Part shown: piece by piece, positions 29,641 through 34,625 of the stretch
How positions within the stretch are numbered: the stretch's first letter is position 1
Layout of the letters: every line of letters starts with the position of its first letter
Source of the DNA: an uncultured Candidatus Saccharibacteria bacterium
GTDB lineage: Bacteria; Patescibacteriota; Saccharimonadia; Saccharimonadales; Saccharimonadaceae
Assembly (NCBI GenBank): GCA_915070155.1
Contig: CAJZFK010000001.1
Location: forward strand, 1 to 34,625
Reading direction: 5' to 3'
DNA: 34,625 nucleotides
Notes under the pieces: model-generated
Told to the model about the DNA's origin: nothing
The model's input: only the letters and a program-made list of their open reading frames with translations
The model's database searches: none
Program-made: the position numbers and the translations under genes

Positions 29641-30294
29641 ATGAAAATCACCGATATTTCTCTTCAGGCTCGTGATAAAAATCGTGTCAATGTAAGCGTT
29701 GACGGGAAATATCGTTTTAGCTTGGATGTATTCCAGGTCGGCGAGCTAGGCATTAAGATTGGTCGCGAATATACGGAAGAGGAAATTTCGAAACTAGAAG
29801 ACGATAGCCAGTTTGGCAAATTGTATGCTAGGTCTATAGAATATTGCTTAATGCGTCCGCGAGCCATCAAAGAAGTGCGCGATTATCTGCGTCGGAAAAC
29901 ACTAGCCACTCGTCGACGTTCAGCGAAAACTGGAAAAATTATTGAACATCCTGGAGTGAAGTCGGAGATTACTGAGCGCGTCTTGGGTCGTCTTATTGAG
30001 AAAAAATATTTGGACGATGAAAAATTTGCTCGATTTTGGTTTGAACAGCGGTTCATGAAAAAAGGCGCTAGTATTCGTCGTTTGAAGTTGGAGTTGGCGC
30101 AAAAGGGAATTGATAATACAACGATTGAGGCGTTAGTTAAGGAGAATATTCGCTCTGATGACGAGGAATTGCGGAAGATTATTGCTAAAAAACGTTATCG
30201 ATATAACGACCAGCAGAAGTTCATGCAATATTTGGCTAGACAGGGTTTTTCTTACGACGACATTAAGAAGGCTCTTGAAAACCCAAATGATTAA
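29641..30294 (+). CDS. recX: Regulatory protein RecX
   Basis: RPRAIKEVRDYL, YLDDEKFARFW, LKLELAQKGI, YLARQGFSYDDI; downstream of recA. Confidence 0.9.
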   Translation: MKITDISLQARDKNRVNVSVDGKYRFSLDVFQVGELGIKIGREYTEEEISKLEDDSQFGKLYARSIEYCLMRPRAIKEVRDYLRRKTLATRRRSAKTGKIIEHPGVKSEITERVLGRLIEKKYLDDEKFARFWFEQRFMKKGASIRRLKLELAQKGIDNTTIEALVKENIRSDDEELRKIIAKKRYRYNDQQKFMQYLARQGFSYDDIKKALENPND

Positions 30295-30878
30295 TCAGCT
30301 TTTGTAGATTCTGGTTGCGGACGAGGCTGCTTGCGGAATGGATTTTCGTATGAATTTATCTGCGGAATAGGTGTTTTTTCGGCTATGTGCGAGATAGTTG
30401 CTGATTTTACAACAATTTTATCGTCGGTTACTCTTACAATCTGAGAACGATGAATAAGTAGCTCTGTGTCGCCAAAACTTTTCAAGAACGGTCGCCGAAT
30501 TCGGAGCTGTTGAATAATAAAATTCCCAGCCGCCAACGTATATCCGATAACTTTTCCGATTTTCTTATTTTTTTCATCAATAACCAACTTGTCTTTTAAT
30601 GCAAAATTGATTTCATAAATTTCTTTTATAGTAATTACATCATCAATGCCTATGATTTCATCGGTTGAATCGATAATCATACCGAGCGGCCCAATTTCTC
30701 TGACGTCGTCAATGCGTAGCAGGCTAGGATGTTGGTCTAAAAGTCGCCCCTCGAGCTCATACGCAATTATAGACAAATTCTTCGGATTGATAATTTCCCG
30801 CGATGTTCGCGCCAGTTCGGAGCCCGTCTGAAGACTCATGACGGGAATATCAAGGAAGCGATCTGCGGATATAAGCAT
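30291..30878 (-). CDS. PRC-barrel domain protein (two barrels)
   Basis: PVMSLQTGSEL, VIDEKNKKIGKV, LLIHRSQIVRV..DKIVV. Shares a TTAA stop overlap with convergent recX. Confidence 0.7.
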   Translation of the reverse strand: MLISADRFLDIPVMSLQTGSELARTSREIINPKNLSIIAYELEGRLLDQHPSLLRIDDVREIGPLGMIIDSTDEIIGIDDVITIKEIYEINFALKDKLVIDEKNKKIGKVIGYTLAAGNFIIQQLRIRRPFLKSFGDTELLIHRSQIVRVTDDKIVVKSATISHIAEKTPIPQINSYENPFRKQPRPQPESTKAD

Positions 30879-30902
30879 AACTATATTATAAACGGTTACG
30901 TT

Positions 30903-31187
30903 CTATTCGGCAAACGGATTGGAGCGACCAGCTGGTAGACTAAACGAGTCGTTCGCTGAAGTTGACGGTCGGAAGTTTTTAATAATTTGCATGGTTTTTT
31001 TATCGAAGCTTATTGATGTGGTTTGTGGTTCTTCGGTAGGAACTGCTAAAAGTCCGCTCAAAAGAAATATCGCGATTGCTACGCCTCCTATTACGACAAC
31101 GCTATATATTATCACATGAAATCGCCACAGGAATTTGGATAGTGATTTTACGATTGGCTCGAGCTGTTCTGATATTGATGGACTCAT
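30903..31187 (-). CDS. Small single-TM protein at PilP position of pilus cluster
   Basis: One TM helix and a C-terminal GRSNPF motif; overlaps the end of the pilO-like gene. Confidence 0.65.
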   Translation of the reverse strand: MSPSISEQLEPIVKSLSKFLWRFHVIIYSVVVIGGVAIAIFLLSGLLAVPTEEPQTTSISFDKKTMQIIKNFRPSTSANDSFSLPAGRSNPFAE

Positions 31188-31777
31188 CGTGTATAAACCT
31201 TTACTTCAAGTGATTGGATTGATATTTCATGATTATTTGCGCCTCTGGAAATTGACACACCTGAAAGCTGCATTCGAGTGACATTTTTTTCAATAAGACT
31301 AAGGAAATGTAGGAATTTCGTGTAATCTATATGATCTCCCAATTGAATTGATACGAAAGTGCTTTTCACTCCAGCAGGGCTGGCGGGTGTCCGCTTGCTA
31401 GATTTCGCTGTCTTAGCGGAGGTTGTTGGTTCGTTTTGGAAAGAGAAAGCTTTAATCGGAATACCGGCGCGGTCAGCGTAGGTATTTAAATCCTTAATAA
31501 TCTGATTCTGGTATTGATAAAGTTTCGATTCTGAGACGATATTCTTTGCTTTTTTAACTGTGTCGGAATTGCGATCGAGCTGAGATTTCGACGCTAGCAA
31601 ACTTTGTATTTTTGCATCAACTGCAGTTGCTTCTGTTTGCATTTTTCCAACTTCTTCTGATGTTTTACTTAAGAATGAATAGGCGAAAATAACTAGTCCT
31701 ACCATTGCTGATAATATTATGAGCAATAATAACGACAGGACAATTCGCGCGATGCTGGCATTTAGAGCTTTTTTCAT
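31184..31777 (-). CDS. PilO-like type IV pilus assembly protein
   Basis: TM + coiled coil + YTKFLHFLSLIEKNVTRMQL; follows pilN. Confidence 0.7.
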   Translation of the reverse strand: MKKALNASIARIVLSLLLLIILSAMVGLVIFAYSFLSKTSEEVGKMQTEATAVDAKIQSLLASKSQLDRNSDTVKKAKNIVSESKLYQYQNQIIKDLNTYADRAGIPIKAFSFQNEPTTSAKTAKSSKRTPASPAGVKSTFVSIQLGDHIDYTKFLHFLSLIEKNVTRMQLSGVSISRGANNHEISIQSLEVKVYTR

Positions 31778-32349
31778 TGTTTTAAGACCTCTGGCTTTGG
31801 TGTAACGCTAATTGTTATAGTGATTGGATAATCTGCGGGTTTGTCCGATGATTGGTTGCCGCCGCTATAAACAACGGTCTCCAGGTGAACGTCACTAAAT
31901 ATCTCTGATTTTTCTAAGCTAGTTTTTATTCGGATGGCGTCATCCTTATTCTTTCCGAGAGCTGTCAATGACAATGGTTTATCTAACGCTGAAGTGTCTA
32001 ATGCCAGAGAATCCAAAACCATGCCTGATGGGATGTACTGTGCAATTTTTGGAATAATTGTAGAGTAATGGGCCTCGTTGCTAATGATCGCCTTAGCCGA
32101 GTCGAGGTCTTTCTTAAACTCGCTAACTTCTTTTTGTGTCGATTGGTATTGAGCAAGCTTAGCATTTCCTTCGTCGATGTTGGCTTGAGCTGAGGTGCGG
32201 CTATTTTCTAAGAATAGATAAAATCCGCCAATAGTTAAGAATAGCAAACCTGCAAATATTAATGATATAATGCAGTATCGTCTTAAGATGACATTTACTC
32301 GTCCGGCGTTGATTTGCTTTTTTTCTTGAGGAGGGAGAAGGTTAATCAT
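31774..32349 (-). CDS. pilN: Type IV pilus assembly protein PilN
   Basis: MINLLP PilM-binding motif, TM helix, coiled coil, FSDV. Confidence 0.85.
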   Translation of the reverse strand: MINLLPPQEKKQINAGRVNVILRRYCIISLIFAGLLFLTIGGFYLFLENSRTSAQANIDEGNAKLAQYQSTQKEVSEFKKDLDSAKAIISNEAHYSTIIPKIAQYIPSGMVLDSLALDTSALDKPLSLTALGKNKDDAIRIKTSLEKSEIFSDVHLETVVYSGGNQSSDKPADYPITITISVTPKPEVLKQ

Positions 32350-33394
32350 AAATATCCTCCTGCTTGATTAAGGCTAGCCCCGCGACTGGTGATAGCTGAG
32401 AGCGAAGCTGTTTTGCTGGCTGCTCTAGTCCATCAAAATTGAGCATTTGCCACGGACTTGCCACGCGCGCTGGCATTAATAGCTCGTTTGTGAAAAAATC
32501 ACCAATTCCTGGAAGATTACCGCCGCCGCCAACTATGAGAATTTGCTCGATTTTTTTCTCATCAGGGAAGCGGTCTGTGTAATATCGCATAACGCGCTTA
32601 ACTTCGTTGGTCATTTTTTCCAAACTTGGGTGCAAGGCTCCTGCGATTCTGGCTTGCCTTGGGCCAGGATTTAATCCGTTTAATACCTTAAATTGATGAG
32701 CTGTCTCAATTGGTACATTCATTTTTTTAGCTAAATTTAAGGTAAGTGAATAGCCGCCAACATTTAAGCCGCCCGTCACACGTATATCAGAATCTAGAAT
32801 TGCGATATCTGTAGTTGATGTGCCTATATCGACAATAACAGTAGGGAGCATTCCTTCTTCTGTGCGCTTCAGAAGTCTAGCGATTGCGCTGATATTTGGC
32901 TCAATTATTGCAACTTCCAGACCACATTGTTTTGTGGCGTCTAACATGCTGTCAATCATTTTCTTCGGTGCGGCACACATTAGCACACTAAATTCATCTT
33001 TCGTGCGATTGATGATTCGATAGTCCAAATAAAGAGAATCTAACGGAGCTGGAATGTATTGTTCGGCTTCCAAATTTACCGCACTGCGAATATTGCTTTC
33101 TTCTTTCACAGGTAAGCTGAATGTCCGCGAAAATGTTCGGTTGGTCGGTATGCCTAGCGCCACGCGGTTGCTATTAATTTGTCCTACGACGTTTTTCTTC
33201 AATAACGTTTTGATATTCTGCGCTAAATATTCAGTGTTGTCTGTAGAATTTCCGTCGCTTTTTTGAGAATCAAGGTTAATCGATCCATATCCATGAACCA
33301 GCATCCGATTTCTATCAATCGACATTACTTTTATGCTTGTTCGGCTGATATCTAGGCCGATAATTGGTTTTTTTCTATAAAATATGCTCGACAC
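32342..33394 (-). CDS. pilM: Type IV pilus assembly protein PilM
   Basis: IGLDISRTSIKV, EAEQYIP, VDIGTSTT, VGGGGNLPG actin-fold motifs; GTG start. Confidence 0.92.
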   Translation of the reverse strand: MSSIFYRKKPIIGLDISRTSIKVMSIDRNRMLVHGYGSINLDSQKSDGNSTDNTEYLAQNIKTLLKKNVVGQINSNRVALGIPTNRTFSRTFSLPVKEESNIRSAVNLEAEQYIPAPLDSLYLDYRIINRTKDEFSVLMCAAPKKMIDSMLDATKQCGLEVAIIEPNISAIARLLKRTEEGMLPTVIVDIGTSTTDIAILDSDIRVTGGLNVGGYSLTLNLAKKMNVPIETAHQFKVLNGLNPGPRQARIAGALHPSLEKMTNEVKRVMRYYTDRFPDEKKIEQILIVGGGGNLPGIGDFFTNELLMPARVASPWQMLNFDGLEQPAKQLRSQLSPVAGLALIKQEDIYD

Positions 33395-33451
33395 GTTATT
33401 ATTTTCCCACCTATATATCGGTATTATAGCATAAGCTTTTTTGAAAAACTA

Positions 33452-34624
33452 TTATTCCTTAACTTGACCCGCCATACTTGTAATTGGACCCATAACGCTG
33501 ACTGCCACCAGGGCAATAACAATGCCCATAGCAACGATCATCACTGGCTCGATAATAGAGCTAACGCCGTCAATCGCGGTATCGACCTCTTCCTCGTAAA
33601 AGTCAGCGACTTTAACCAGAACTTTGTCTGTTTGTCCAGTTTCTTCACCGACGGATAGCATCTGTGCCACGATTGGCGGATACAAATTGTCCTGCTCTGC
33701 GATAATTTTTGACAAGACTTCGCCGTTTTGAACTCGCTTGGTGGCTTCTTTTAAAGACTTTTCGTAAGCGACATTTCCGACGGCACGCGAAGTTACGTCC
33801 AGCGCTTCAAGCACAGCCACGCCCGCACCGATAAGAGCGGAGAAGGTTCGAGTAAAGCGGGCGATTGCCACCTTCTTAACAATTGGACCGACAGCTGGAA
33901 CTTTGATGATGATATTGTGAAATTTTACGCGACCTTTTGGAGTTTTAATATAGCGAATCAATAGCCAAATGCTTCCGGCAAATATTGGAATGATTATATA
34001 CCAAAATGACACTACAAAATCGCTAATTCCGAGCATAATCTCAGTAAGCATTGGTAGTTTAGCGTCGGGTCCGCCCATGTCTTTAATAGTTTTACCGATG
34101 ACTGGAATAATGAAAATCATGAGGATGAAGAAGGCAATAATCGTAATGATTAAAAGGACAATTGGGTACGTCATGGCGCCTTTAATTTTTTTCTTCATGG
34201 ATGAGTTTTTTTCTTGTTGTAGGGCTAGACGCTTTAGGATGTCATCCAAAATACCTCCAGTCTCACCCGCAGCAACCATGTTCACGTAAATATCATTGAA
34301 GGTTTCTGGATGTTTACTCAGAGCATCCGCAAAAGACATACCGCCTTCAATGTCTTTAATCACGGCGTTGATCGTGTCTCGGAAATTGGCGCTTTCGGCG
34401 TGTTTTGCCATAGAGTTAAGGGAGCGAAGAATAGGAACGCCAGCTGAAACCATGGCGCTTAATTGGCGAGTAAACATCACCAATTCTTCAGTCTTGGCAC
34501 CTTTCTTTTTCTTGCCGAAAGAAAAACTAAGCTCTTTTTTTGCGCCTTTTTCTTCAATTTTTATCAATTGTCCGCGTGACCTCAAATTGTTAATGGCAGA
34601 CAGTTTGTCGGCTGCATCAATTGT
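33452..34624 (-). CDS. pilC: Type IV pilus platform protein PilC (T2SS F family), 5'-truncated by window edge
   Basis: FTRQLSAMVSAGVP, MVAAGETGG.L, AMTYP, VGEETG..D, IIEPVMIV. The frame stays open past 34585 to the window end. Confidence 0.93.
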   Translation of the reverse strand, partial: TIDAADKLSAINNLRSRGQLIKIEEKGAKKELSFSFGKKKKGAKTEELVMFTRQLSAMVSAGVPILRSLNSMAKHAESANFRDTINAVIKDIEGGMSFADALSKHPETFNDIYVNMVAAGETGGILDDILKRLALQQEKNSSMKKKIKGAMTYPIVLLIITIIAFFILMIFIIPVIGKTIKDMGGPDAKLPMLTEIMLGISDFVVSFWYIIIPIFAGSIWLLIRYIKTPKGRVKFHNIIIKVPAVGPIVKKVAIARFTRTFSALIGAGVAVLEALDVTSRAVGNVAYEKSLKEATKRVQNGEVLSKIIAEQDNLYPPIVAQMLSVGEETGQTDKVLVKVADFYEEEVDTAIDGVSSIIEPVMIVAMGIVIALVAVSVMGPITSMAGQVKE

Positions 34625-34625
34625 T

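Noticed and set aside
198..34289. Numerous short overlapping or antisense ORFs in the six-frame track
   Set aside because: They lie within well-supported genes on another frame or strand and show no recognisable motifs or initiation signals.

Overview
Gene-dense bacterial chromosome segment. It is most likely from a Candidate Phyla Radiation organism of the Saccharibacteria (TM7) type. That is an inference from the compact layout, short HrcA/GrpE/ComEC, the lamin-tail surface protein and the pilC-pilMNO block; it was not verified by search. Backbone: murJ (5'-partial), a lepA/EF4 gene split into two intact ORFs, a 5'-nucleotidase, gmk, an LssY-type membrane protein, hrcA-(small membrane ORF)-grpE-dnaK-dnaJ with four CIRCE operators, a 1044-aa polytopic membrane protein, an aspartic-protease/rimK pair, DUF192, tRNA-Lys(UUU), comEC, yebC, a lamin-tail/Cys-repeat surface protein, ruvCAB, an SGNH-vWA-PKD-TSP3 surface protein, a PH-domain protein, a pilin, recA-2H phosphoesterase-recX, and a minus-strand pilC-pilM-pilN-pilO cluster. 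Most notable: (1) EF4 is cut at the domain II/III linker into two separately initiated genes about 1.77 kb apart. (2) The gap holds an IS256-family remnant whose end forms a hybrid promoter for a SemiSWEET gene, bracketed by a ~57-bp duplication of the mazG start. (3) About eleven genes have a -10 box 6-7 nt before the ATG and no obvious Shine-Dalgarno, suggesting pervasive leaderless expression. (4) An unannotated 53-aa membrane peptide is translationally coupled between hrcA and grpE.
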